From: a candidate division FCPU426 bacterium | GTDB taxonomy: Bacteria; Oederibacteriota; Muellerivitia; Muellerivitales; Muellerivitaceae | Length of the DNA: 64,000 bases | Assembly (NCBI GenBank): GCA_963796105.1 | Contig: CAWCKJ010000006.1 | Location: 160,001-224,000, forward strand | Direction of reading: 5' to 3' | Shown here: positions 30,994 to 41,130 of the stretch, one piece after another | Numbering within the stretch: position 1 is the first letter of the stretch | Layout: every line of letters starts with the position of its first letter | The notes under the pieces: model-generated | Told to the model about the DNA's origin: nothing | The model's database searches: none | What the model saw: the letters and a program-made list of their open reading frames with translations, nothing else | Made by a program: the position numbers and the translations under genes

Positions 30994-32856
30994 TTAAGAT
31001 TTCATCATGCGCTTGTAAAAGGCGTTGCGCCGGGCTGAGGCGGGGGACTTGTAGACCTGAACCCTGCCTTTCTCGATCACCATCACCTGGTCAGCGCCCC
31101 GGGCCAGGGCCGGGTGGTGGGTCAAGGCCAGGATGGTGCAATGTCCCCGCAAACCCTTGAGCGCTTTCAAGATCAGGTCCTCGTTGGCCTTGTCGAGGTT
31201 GGCAGTCGCCTCATCCAATACCATCAACCGGGGTTTCGCCAGCAGGGCCCGGGCGATCTGGAGACGCTGGCGCTCGCCGAGTGACAAGGGGCCGTGCCCA
31301 TCGACCAGGAAGGTGTTCAAGCCCAGGGGAAGGCCCCGGACGACATCCGCCAAACCAGCCGCCGACAAGGCCTCCCAAGAGCGGCGTTCATTCGTGCCAG
31401 GCACCTGGTATAAAAGATTCTCCCTCAGGGTTGCGCTGAACAATACGCCGTCGGCCGAAACCAGGGACGCCGCCTGGCGCAGGTCTTCCTCGGCAAGGTC
31501 ATGGATGTCCTGGCCGTCCAGGAGGATTTTCCCGCGGGTCGCCGGCCTCAGCCCCAGGATCAACTCGGCCAAGGTGCTCTTGCCGGACCCGGAAGGCCCC
31601 ACCAAGGCGTTCAACTTTCCGGGAAGAAGGGAGAAAGAGACTTGGCGCAGGACCTTGGCTCCATGCCCATATTGGTAGTCCAAGCCCTCGACACTCACTA
31701 GGCCCGGGCCCGGCTTCAAGGGATGATTGCCGAAGTTTTCCGGCTTGCGGACCGCCAGCCGAAGGCCCCGGCGGAAAGACCCGATATGTTCCTGGATCAC
31801 GACCGCCATTCCCGATAGCGAATCCAAGGGGTCGTAAACCTGGTCGATATAGGCTACCAACATCACCACATCCCCCGGGGTCAACTGTCTTTCAAAGGCC
31901 TTCCATCCGCCCACCAGGAGCACGAGTGCCTTGCTCACCTGGACCAGGAACTCCTGGCCGAAAAGGGACCAGGAACCCAAACGGTCCTTCTGGACGGCTC
32001 CCGCGTAGGCCCTTTGGGTTTCCTTTTCGAGGGCCTTCAATTCGCGCACGGTCGCCCCGCTGGCCCTGACGGTCTTTAATCCCGCCAGGCTTTCGGAGAT
32101 CCTGCCGGAGATGGATTGCCATTGCTCGTAGTAGGAATCCAGGTTGACCCCAAGGCGCTTGGTGGAAGCCACAGCCACCCAGGCGTAAAAGGGAAGGGGG
32201 GCCAGCGCCAGGGCCGCCAAGAGGGGGCTTTGGTAAAGCATGATGGCCAGGATGCCAACCAGGCGGACTGCTTCTGGGCCGACCCTTAAGGCCAGCATCG
32301 TCACGACCGGCTCGACCTGTTCCACCTGATCGACTTGCTTGGTCAAGAACGAGGCCCTGTCCGTACTGCCACGGCTTAAAGGCAAGTGAAGGGCCTTTTT
32401 GAAAGCGGCCAGGATGACCGCCCTTTCCATGCCGTGACCAGCCCGGCTGGTCATGATTTCCGCCCAGGCCGAGGTGAAGGACGCCAAAAGGGAAATCAAC
32501 GAGAGGAGAACTACGACCACCGTCAGGGTGGTCATGGCCTGCTTGACGGTGCGGTGCGCCACTGTGTGGCGCGTGTGGGGTTTTTTCGCCTTCCAGGCCT
32601 CCAGCAGGGTGGCCTCAACCTTCTCCAGGGAGCCCTCGTCCTTGCTGTTGCTGACAAACACCCCTGCGACGTCATTCACCGCTTCCCGGTAAAGCAAGGG
32701 TTGCAGAAGGAGAAGGAGGCTGGAAAAGCCTGCCAGGACCAGGATGCCGATAAACAGGCCCCTTTGCCGTAAGGCCATTTTAAAGAGGCTTGCCACAGGA
32801 CGGGCCGCGTCCAGGTCTGTTTCCAAAGCCGGACCCAATCCAAATTCAACCTTCAA
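30994..32856 (-). CDS. ABC exporter, fused permease and ATPase
   Basis: GPSGSGKST, LSLGERQR, LDEATA; N-terminal TM domain. Confidence 0.9.
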   Translation of the reverse strand: MKVEFGLGPALETDLDAARPVASLFKMALRQRGLFIGILVLAGFSSLLLLLQPLLYREAVNDVAGVFVSNSKDEGSLEKVEATLLEAWKAKKPHTRHTVAHRTVKQAMTTLTVVVVLLSLISLLASFTSAWAEIMTSRAGHGMERAVILAAFKKALHLPLSRGSTDRASFLTKQVDQVEQVEPVVTMLALRVGPEAVRLVGILAIMLYQSPLLAALALAPLPFYAWVAVASTKRLGVNLDSYYEQWQSISGRISESLAGLKTVRASGATVRELKALEKETQRAYAGAVQKDRLGSWSLFGQEFLVQVSKALVLLVGGWKAFERQLTPGDVVMLVAYIDQVYDPLDSLSGMAVVIQEHIGSFRRGLRLAVRKPENFGNHPLKPGPGLVSVEGLDYQYGHGAKVLRQVSFSLLPGKLNALVGPSGSGKSTLAELILGLRPATRGKILLDGQDIHDLAEEDLRQAASLVSADGVLFSATLRENLLYQVPGTNERRSWEALSAAGLADVVRGLPLGLNTFLVDGHGPLSLGERQRLQIARALLAKPRLMVLDEATANLDKANEDLILKALKGLRGHCTILALTHHPALARGADQVMVIEKGRVQVYKSPASARRNAFYKRMMKS

Positions 32857-32914
32857 GTTCGGCCTCTTTTTCCACGGAATATTGTGATCAAATCACACCA
32901 GTCAAAATATTATT

Positions 32915-33322
32915 TAGCCACGGATGTGCCAATCTTCCTCAAAACTTATTAAGAGATTGGTACGATACCGACCTCTTTAATTACTTATAGGAAGGTCGGC
33001 ATGCATGGGATACATGGGATTTAAAGAAACTTCGGATCGTGACAAGAGCATGGCTCTTGCGCCCATAGGGTGTTATGTCCCTGCCAGCGGACCTCGGAAA
33101 AACGGATTTTCCCGGAGGCCGTTGGCTGAGCCATATAACACGATCGATAAGCAATCCTCCATTTAAAACTTAAAATTAAAAATTTAAAATTCATCATGTA
33201 AAAAATGCCTTGCCATCCCCCTGCATGCCGAACCTCATTAAAGCCTTCAATGAAAGTTCGGTATAGTGCCGATTTCCTTAAATGCTTCAGGGTTGAATCA
33301 GCACATCCCCTGAATCCGTGGC
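32915..33322 (-). repeat. Modular hairpin repeat, copy 2 (outer modules inverted)
   Basis: Reverse-complement match to both ends of 22806-23195; partial copies at 33611-33717, 21873-21906 and 28568-28620. Confidence 0.88.
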
Positions 33323-33351
33323 AAAAAACTTGGTTTTGTAAGATTAACCTG

Positions 33352-33492
33352 TTAAGGAAGGGTGCTTTCCCGGCGGCGGGCCTTTTCCTTGAGTTTGCGG
33401 CGGTTGTCCCTTTTCACCCGCTCCTGGGGTTTAATGGCCCAGACCTTGCGGATCTTGACCGGCCCTGCCTTGATTTTGAGTTTTTTGTTCAT
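33352..33492 (-). CDS. Possible small basic protein
   Basis: K/R-rich ORF lying between two repeat copies. Confidence 0.3.
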   Translation of the reverse strand: MNKKLKIKAGPVKIRKVWAIKPQERVKRDNRRKLKEKARRRESTLP

Positions 33493-33932
33493 GACGGTAT
33501 CCCGAAACATTAGCCCTTCTGGCAGGCCCTTTACCAATTTGGAATATTAACCCAGAGTACCCCCTTAATCCAGGTTCCAAACACGTCTGAGGCAATTGTA
33601 AGCACGGCTCTAGCCACGGATGTGCCGATTCACCAAAAAGCCGATATGAAAATCGGTACGATACTAGCCTCTTTTAGATGTTTTATGGAAGGTTGGCATG
33701 CAGGGGATTCATGGGATAAGATTACAAACACCTAGTAAAAGTTGAGTTTTAAGCCGGGGTCCTGCCCGCATCCTCGGAAAACCCGCCCACATTACTAGGG
33801 GCATGTATCGGGAAGGTTTTCCGTTGGCCGGTGCCGGTGTTTCCGTTGGTCGGTGCCGGGTTTCAGTTGGCTGGGGAGGGGAGTTGGCACAATCGCCCCG
33901 AAATGGCACCATCCGGGATCTTGGTTTCCGCC

Positions 33933-34660
33933 AACCCAGTATTTGGAAAACCCTCAACCCAGTATTGGAGGCCCCAACCCAGTACAACCCAGTATTTGGA
34001 AAACCCTCAACCCAGTATTGGAGGCCCCAACCCAGTACAACCCAGTATTTGGAAAACCCTCAACCCAGTATTGGAGGCCCCAACCCAGTACAACCCAGTA
34101 TTTGGAAAACCCGCAACCCAGTATTGGAGGCCCCAACCCAGTACAACCCAGTATTTGGAAAACCCTCAACCCAGTATTGGAGGCCCCAACCCAGTACAAC
34201 CCAGTATTTGGAAAACCCTCAACCCAGTATTGGAGGCCCCAACCCAGTACAAACCAGTATTCGGAAAACCCTCAACCCAGTATTGGAGGCCCCAACCCAG
34301 TACAAACCAGTATTCGGAAAACCCTCAACCCAGTATTGGAGGCCCCAACCCAGTACAACCCAGTATTTGGAAAACCCTCAACCCAGTATTGGAGGCCCTA
34401 ACCCAGTACAACCCAGTATTTGGAAAACCCTCAACCCAGTATTGGAGGCCCTAACCCAGTACAACCCAGTATTTGGAAAACCCTCAACCCAGTATTGGAG
34501 GCCCCAACCCAGTACAACCCAGTATTTGGAAAACCCTCAACCCAGTATTGGAGGCCCCAACCCAGTACAACCCAGTATGGGGGGCTCAACCCAGTATTCG
34601 GAAAACCGATAACCCAGTATGGGGGGCTCAACCCAGTATTCGGAAAACCGATAACCCAGT
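33933..34660 (+). repeat. Tandem array: 12 x 53 bp plus 2 x 42 bp, built from AACCCAGTA subunits
   Basis: Unit AACCCAGTATTTGGAAAACCCTC-AACCCAGTATTGGAGGCCCC-AACCCAGTAC, period 53, from 33933 to 34568. Confidence 0.95.
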
Positions 34661-34929
34661 TCCGTATAGCTAGGCCGGAAGCCCTGTAGGCACGATTTGG
34701 GGGTCCTGTATTCATGAGGTCGGGAGCCACCGTCGGCAGGGAGGATAACCCGCCCACATTGCCGGGAACATGTGTCGGCTGGGGAGGATAACCTGCCCAC
34801 ATCCCTACTGGCATGGTGGATAAACCGCCCACATTTCCGGCGACACCCGGCGACAAGAAACAGGGGTCACAAGAAACAGGGGTCAGGCCACACGCTCCGC
34901 AGCGTGTGGCAGAGATCATTCATCACTTT

Positions 34930-35624
34930 ACTGTCCGCGTCACAACCGCGCGGGACATTTGTACCAGGGGCGTTATAAGGCGATTTTGGTCCATAAGGAT
35001 AGTTACTTAAAGGAATTATGCAGGTATGTGGTCTTGAATCCGGTCCGGGCCAAGATGGTCAAGCATCCGAAGGAATGGAAATGGAGCAGTTACCGGGCTA
35101 CGGCAGGTTATGAGACCGAGCCGGAATGGGTGGAAAATAAATGGCTTTTGGAACAGTTTGGAAAAGTGAAACATAAGGCGCAGGGTTTGTACCGGAAATT
35201 CGTGTTGGAAGGCTTGAGGAAGAAAGAGAGCCCATGGGAGCAAGTAACATCGCAGATCATATTGGGGGGGAAAAGTTTTGAGGAGCACATTAAAGGGAAG
35301 ATTAGGGGGAAGCATCACCATGAGGCGCACAGGGAACAACAGAAATTGGGCTTGCCGGATGCCGAGGAAACGCTGAAAAAGATCGGGAAAATGCATGGGA
35401 TTATGGTGAAAGATATGGTGGTTCCGACCCGGCAGAAAAACGAAGGGCGGGAAGCGGCGGTATGGGCCTTACGTCAGATATGCCGATTAAGTTTAGGGGA
35501 AGTGGCTAAGAAGATGGGGGTAAAATACTCCGCGGTAAGCCATGCGGTGGCAAGGATGAAGAAACGCATTCGGGAGGAAAAGGGTCTTGAGGAAAAGATT
35601 CGTAATGCCGTTTACAAGACCTGA
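34930..35624 (+). pseudogene. 5'-truncated RAYT (Y1 HUH transposase with C-terminal HTH)
   Basis: GHLYQGRYKAILV, RYVVLNPVRA, WSSY; HUH motif absent. Confidence 0.8.
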
Positions 35625-35681
35625 CCCTTATTTTCTATATTTTTTGGGCGAGTCTAAGGTGATGAATGTTGGCCTGACCCC

Positions 35682-36483
35682 TTTTGTTCTATTATGTCAC
35701 GCTTGGGTATTGATGGATAATCATTACCATTTGATGCTGGAAACCCCAAGCGCGAATTTATCAGCAGCCATGAAACATTTAAACGCCCAATACACACAAA
35801 AATTCAATAAAAAGCATTATCGGAACGGGCATTTGTTCCAGGGGCGGTATAAGGCCATTATTGTGGAGAAAGACAGTTATTTAAAGGAATTAAGCCGGTA
35901 TGTGGTATTGAATCCGGTAAGGGCCCGGATGGTAAAACACCCCAAAGACTGGAAGTGGAGTAGTTATCGGGCGACAGCGGGATTTGATAGGGCGGAAAAA
36001 TGGCTGGAAGTGGACTGGTTATTAGGGCAGTTTGGAAAGGAAAGAAAAAAGGCGCAAAAATCATACAGGACTTTTGTGGAAGAGGGGATGGGGAAGAAAG
36101 AAAAGCCTTGGGATGATTTGTATTCGCGTATATACCTGGGTGGTAAGGAGTTTTTGGACAAGGTTCACGAAGTAGGGCAACGTCACAAACATTTGGATGT
36201 ACCGAAATATCAGAAACACGTGGTAAAGCAAGATCCGAAAGAAGTGCTGGAGAAAGTAGGAAGAATGTATGGTAAAAAAGCGGAGGAAATATTGAGGGCA
36301 GGCAAAAGGGAGTCGGAAGCCCGGGATATGGCGATATATTTATTGAAGAGAAAATCAGGAATGAGTTCCAAGGCGATAGGAATGAAGATGGGGGTGGGGG
36401 AAAGCGCGGTGGGAAACCGATTGATGAAGATCAAAAAAAGGTTAGCGGAAGACGAGAAGTTTGCGCAAAAGCTGATAAAGTGA
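35682..36483 (+). pseudogene. 5'-truncated RAYT (REP-associated tyrosine transposase)
   Basis: LMDNHYHL (HUH), GHLFQGRYKA, YVVLNPVRA, WSSY; the N-terminal YHV..RG segment is replaced by the motif. Confidence 0.8.
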
Positions 36484-36838
36484 TGAATGATGGCCTGACC
36501 CCTTTGTTTTATTTGTAGCCGCCCGAATCCAGTATCACGGCCATCGGGATGTGGTGAGGTATTCAATCCATGATGATAGGACAGCGGGCCTATTGGGTTT
36601 CCTCAAATACCTTGATCGAAAACGATTGGAAAGACCCAGGGCGGCCTAGAAATGGCTTGGTGCAAAAAATTCTTTGCACATAAGTTCACTTCTGATGAAA
36701 ATGGCCACTGTCGGGTCCCGATTCAGGCCGATCTGGCCACGGAATCGGTAAACTTGGTGCAAAATTCAGGTATTAGTTTTATGAAAACTGCGAATCGCCA
36801 ACCAGAATTCAGAATCATGACGTTGAAAGGGGATTTCT

Positions 36839-37876
36839 ATGAATCTCTTTAAATTACAGAAAGTAATTTTTGCTTTTGTGGTTTCAATGGTTCTTATGTC
36901 GCCAATTATTGGTTTGACAGCAGAGAAAGCATCCGCCGCCAAAAAGATTACCCCGAAAGTAGACTTTCCAAAGAACCCATCTGAAGGGGTGCTGATCGCT
37001 ACCATACCCTGGAAAGCGGTAACCATTATGAGAGGGGGGAAATCTTCTAACGATAAATTGTCATTAAAAAATTGGTCTTTCGACGCAATTCCTTTAGTTG
37101 TGTATCTCATTAAAAATAATAACGGTTCAGTAATAAACCTTGGCTCAAGAAGTGGTCCGGGTTTTTTAAGAACAGATCAAAAAGGCAATTTGTTTATATT
37201 TTATGGTGGCTCGATTTTTATTTACGACATTAAAAATCAAACCGTTAAGTACAACGGAGATTTATTGAAAAAAGAAGGCGGGTCTCCCGTTGACTTGGAA
37301 ATGTATACGAATGGGGATATTAGTTTTTTGGTAAGGGACAATAAAAGCTTCGGCGACGATAGCGTGCATTATGTAAGAAAAAACCTAAAAGGCGACTTGA
37401 TCAACGAAAAAAGAGTTATTCCAAAGATAATGGCTGAACACCAACTTTCAAAATGGACCCTAAGTCGGGGCGATATTTATTATGCGAAAAGTGGAAATAC
37501 TGAGAAAATTGATTCTATTTCGAATTTAACTGAAGAAGAAAAAGATAAAATTGGAAATAAAATTATAGAATCCACGGAAACTGATTTGCGGAATATGAGA
37601 AAAACGATTGAGAAAGATATATTTCACCTTTTCATCGCACCACTCCATTTTGTGCAAGAAATGAAGGGTAGTGAATATTATTGGACTAATGGGGTATTTG
37701 ATGGTCGGGCCGAAGTTGATGTAGTTTATATTAGAAATAAAAAAGGAAATCATAAAATTTATATTTTGCCGCCTGAAAGCAAATTCTGGCGGATGGTTGA
37801 TGAAAACGGCAATTTTTATTCCAAGGTTGATACGCCAAATGCTCTTGAGGTTTACAAGTACGTTGTTAATTGGTGA
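36839..37876 (+). CDS. Hypothetical secreted protein (low GC)
   Basis: 345-aa ORF with signal peptide; AT-rich. Confidence 0.7.
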   Translation: MNLFKLQKVIFAFVVSMVLMSPIIGLTAEKASAAKKITPKVDFPKNPSEGVLIATIPWKAVTIMRGGKSSNDKLSLKNWSFDAIPLVVYLIKNNNGSVINLGSRSGPGFLRTDQKGNLFIFYGGSIFIYDIKNQTVKYNGDLLKKEGGSPVDLEMYTNGDISFLVRDNKSFGDDSVHYVRKNLKGDLINEKRVIPKIMAEHQLSKWTLSRGDIYYAKSGNTEKIDSISNLTEEEKDKIGNKIIESTETDLRNMRKTIEKDIFHLFIAPLHFVQEMKGSEYYWTNGVFDGRAEVDVVYIRNKKGNHKIYILPPESKFWRMVDENGNFYSKVDTPNALEVYKYVVNW

Positions 37877-38019
37877 GGAAAAATTTGAAGGAAAAATATC
37901 TTCTTATTTTCTGGTTATTTCTGCCTGGAATTATTTACGGGGATATAACCCTTAATCCTGTTGATTCCGAAACATGGGTTTCGACAGTTGGTGTAGTTCC
38001 TGCCGAACAAGAGAAATCA
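37870..38019 (+). pseudogene. N-terminal fragment of a secreted protein cut at the RAYT-end motif
   Basis: Signal peptide, then the frame runs into GGGGTCAGGCC. Confidence 0.45.
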
Positions 38020-38156
38020 GGGGTCAGGCCACCATTCATCACTTTAGACCTGAAATCTTCCGCTCGAATCCCGCGCCCCCATACATCTTTTTTTAAGTGT
38101 CAAGTGCACTTGACGAAGACGGGACGATAGCCTATCATTTTATTGGAGGGGCCGGC

Positions 38157-38519
38157 ATGGAAGCTTTTCCTAGAACTATTGTTTACTATTAAACCGCCGA
38201 CGGGAAAAGACCATTCATCGAGTGGATTGAGGAACAAGAAGATGCACTGAGACACCGGATCAACACACGATTTTTACACGTTGAAAATGGGAATTTCGGG
38301 GTCCACCGCAAGGAAGGTAATGGGGTTTTTGCACTGATATTTGAATTTGGACCGGGTTATAGGATTTATTACGCGTTAACTGAGGAACAAAAGGTTGTTT
38401 TGCTATTCACGGGGGGCACGAAGAAAAGGCGGGAAAGTGATATTGCGAAGGCCCACGAGTATTGGGCGGATTTAAAGGCGAGAAAAGCCATGGAAGCGAA
38501 GGGGAAAAAGAAGGATTGA
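38157..38519 (+). pseudogene. RelE/ParE-type addiction killer toxin with nonsense codon
   Basis: MEAFPRTIVYY*TADGKRPF.EW...GNFG...FGPGYRIYY...LLFTGG.K; TAA at 38190-38192. Confidence 0.85.
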
Positions 38520-38544
38520 TCATCTGATAAATGGAGGTTTCGTT

Positions 38545-38871
38545 ATGGGTAAAACATCGGGAAGCTACAAGGAATATTTGCTTAAAAAACTGAAAGATCC
38601 GAAAGAAAGGGCCGGATATTTAAACGCCGCTTTGGAGGATGGCGATCCCGGAATTCTCCTGGCCTGCCTCAATGATTGCGCTAAAGCAATGGGAGGAAAA
38701 ACTTGGCTTGCCCGCGAAGCCCATTTGTCCCGCCAAGCCATTACCGCGATTGTTTCGAAGGATGGAAACCCCATGTACCGGAACCTAACGCGTGTATTGG
38801 CTCCAATGGGTTTGCGCTTCAAAATTGTGACGGGTGTTGGCAATCGAACGAAACAATTAACCCACGCTTAA
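38545..38871 (+). CDS. Addiction module antidote (HI1420-like HTH)
   Basis: YLNAALEDGDP, LAREAHLSRQ, GNP. Confidence 0.85.
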   Translation: MGKTSGSYKEYLLKKLKDPKERAGYLNAALEDGDPGILLACLNDCAKAMGGKTWLAREAHLSRQAITAIVSKDGNPMYRNLTRVLAPMGLRFKIVTGVGNRTKQLTHA

Positions 38872-39020
38872 AGTTCTTCGGGGAAATAATTGTCCCGCTT
38901 ATTCCAGTTGTTTAACAACGGAATCACTTAAGGCCCTGAAATCCCCCGCTTGAATCCCGCGTCCCCAAGTTGTCCATGAGACGCCGCTTTCTTGTTTGCG
39001 TCCGCCGAATATCCTTGTTC

Positions 39021-39665
39021 CTAAAAAGGTTTTCCGCAGTTGGGGCAAACCAGGCGGGCGGCGAACCAGTGGCCGTCGGAGCGGGCGTAATCAGGGAAAA
39101 ATTCCGCTTCCAGGACGACCAGGCATTGGGCGCACTTGAGGCCGGCTTCCATCCCTAGATCCTGCTGGAGCTGGGGCTCGTTGCCCTGGCCGGTCTTGAT
39201 ATGGAGCCGGTAGGAATTTTTCACGGCTTTTTTCTGGCGGTCGTGCAGGAGATCCCGGATCTTGCTCAGGATCTGCCTGGGCGTATAAAACCCCTTGACG
39301 GTATAGTCGTTGGCGCCCATTTGAAGGGCTTTTTGGACATCCCGGGGCTCCCCAAGGACCGAGAAAATAATGACGGGAATATCCTTGGTCTGCCCGCTCC
39401 GGCGGATTTTCTCGAGGACCTGGAATCCGTCCAGCACCGGAAGCCCCAAGTCCAAAAGAACCAGGTCCGGCTTATGGGCCAGGATCATATCCCAGCCTTC
39501 CTCGCCGTTGGTGCTCTCAATCACCGCGTAACCATCCGCCTCCAGGACATCCTTGTAAACCCTGCGAAAGCCGCGCTGGTCCTCCATGATCAGTATGGTT
39601 CCTTTTTTCCCCTTCTCGGCCAAAGGTTTAACCTCGTTTGGGGATTGAGTAGTTTCATTTTGCAT
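39021..39665 (-). CDS. Response regulator with C-terminal 4-Cys domain
   Basis: REC domain (LLDLGLP); CAQC...CPNC. Confidence 0.85.
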   Translation of the reverse strand: MQNETTQSPNEVKPLAEKGKKGTILIMEDQRGFRRVYKDVLEADGYAVIESTNGEEGWDMILAHKPDLVLLDLGLPVLDGFQVLEKIRRSGQTKDIPVIIFSVLGEPRDVQKALQMGANDYTVKGFYTPRQILSKIRDLLHDRQKKAVKNSYRLHIKTGQGNEPQLQQDLGMEAGLKCAQCLVVLEAEFFPDYARSDGHWFAARLVCPNCGKPF

Positions 39666-40118
39666 GATGGTTCCTCCTGGAATGATGATTGTGGCTGGGA
39701 TCTCTTGATGTAAATGGGTTGCCGGGAAACAGCAAGCTTATTCCAAAAAATTCATGGGGTGCTAAAGAAATAAAGCGGGGAAAAGCTTGCTTGGTATTGA
39801 CGGCGTCCTGGCAGGATGAAGGCAATCACGCGCCGAGATAAGAAAATTATCCCTCGGGTCCTGGGGAATTCCCAATTTATTCGACGTTGTCATGACGATA
39901 GTGGAGCAGGGGGCATTTGCACATTTTCGGAATTGAATGACAAGTTTCATGGCTTTCCAAATAACAACAAAATCTAGCTAATTAAGATAAATAAAATTAG
40001 ATGTTTTTAATTCTAAAAGGCGTTAAGCAAGACAAGTCTTTGCCACGTGCCAGCCTGCCATAAGGCAATAGAAGAAGGCTGGTACAGTACCGATCTCAAT
40101 ATATCTTTATGGATGATC

Positions 40119-40510
40119 GGCACGGATTCAGGGGATGTGCTGATTCAACCCTGAAGCATTTGAGGAAATCGGCACTATACCGAACTTTCATTGAAGGCTT
40201 TAATGAGGTTCGGCATGCAGGGGGATGAATAAAAATGAACAAAATGAAAAATGTACAATGAATAATTCAAAAATGTCTCAGATCATGACAAGAGCACGGC
40301 TCTTGCGCCCGATGGGCGTTATGGTCAAGCCTACAGACCGTGGAAAAATTAATTTTTCCATCGGCTGTCAGCTTAACCATAGAACATGATCAAAATGCGT
40401 TTTAAATCCCATGAATTCCATGCATGCCAGCCTTCCATTAGGATGATATTGGGGCTGGTATCGTACCAATCTCCGTAAAGGTTTTTGGAAGATTGGCACA
40501 TCCGTGGCTA
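40119..40510 (+). repeat. Modular hairpin repeat, copy 3
   Basis: Near-identical to 22806-23195. Confidence 0.9.
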
Positions 40511-40536
40511 AATTCTTTGGGTAGGGGTGGGTTAAT

Positions 40537-41130
40537 TTAATAGGCTTTGTTGCACTTGCCGCAAAGGAAGTGCGCCGTGAACCAATGGCCCTCATTGTGG
40601 ACATAGTCCGGAAACAGCTCCAATACCAGTTCACCCTGGCACTGGGGACATTTGTTCTTGCTGGTAAACCCCAATTCCGACCAAAGAAGGGGAGCGTCCT
40701 CCGTGCCATCCATCACCTTCACCTTGAAAGAAGCGCCCCCTTTTGCGGGGCCGGCTTTCGTCATCAAATCCTTGATCTTGCTGAGGATTTGACGGGGAGT
40801 ATAAAAACCCTTCACGGTGTAATCGTTGGCTCCTAAATCCATCCCTTTTTGGATGTCCTTTTGTTCCCCCAGGACCGAGAAAATGATGACGGGCACGGCT
40901 TTAGTATCAGCGTCGGCGCGAATCCTCTTGAGGACCTCGAAGCCGTCCAGCACCGGGAGCCCCAAGTCCAGCAATACCATTTGGGGTTTCCGGGATTTTG
41001 TCATGGCCCATCCGGTCTCGCCGTCGCCGGCCTCCAAAACCTCATAGCCCTCGTTCTCCAACAGGTCCCGGTAGATGCGCCTGAAACCCTGCTGGTCCTC
41101 GACAATCAGAATGGTACCCTTGCCCCTCAT
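40537..41130 (-). CDS. Response regulator with C-terminal 4-Cys domain (paralogue)
   Basis: REC domain; CPQC...CGKC. Confidence 0.85.
   Translation of the reverse strand: MRGKGTILIVEDQQGFRRIYRDLLENEGYEVLEAGDGETGWAMTKSRKPQMVLLDLGLPVLDGFEVLKRIRADADTKAVPVIIFSVLGEQKDIQKGMDLGANDYTVKGFYTPRQILSKIKDLMTKAGPAKGGASFKVKVMDGTEDAPLLWSELGFTSKNKCPQCQGELVLELFPDYVHNEGHWFTAHFLCGKCNKAY

Larger units (their letters stand above)
34863..38045. repeat. RAYT-end motif AAAGTGATGAATGNTGGCCTGACCCC, in both orientations
   Basis: 34879-34929 (rc, interrupted), 35614-35627 (variant), 35656-35681, 36477-36502, 38020-38045 (rc). Confidence 0.85.

Noticed and set aside
33933..34660. CRISPR array
   Set aside because: The units repeat in full, with no unique spacers and no cas genes.
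33803..34919. Repetitive ORFs (PSTQYWRPQ...) across the tandem array
   Set aside because: The 53-bp period cycles through all frames; these ORFs are by-products of a stop-poor repeat.
35587..35681. N-terminus of the 298-aa RAYT ORF as called
   Set aside because: It is read through the previous gene's end and the repeat motif, so it is not true RAYT sequence.
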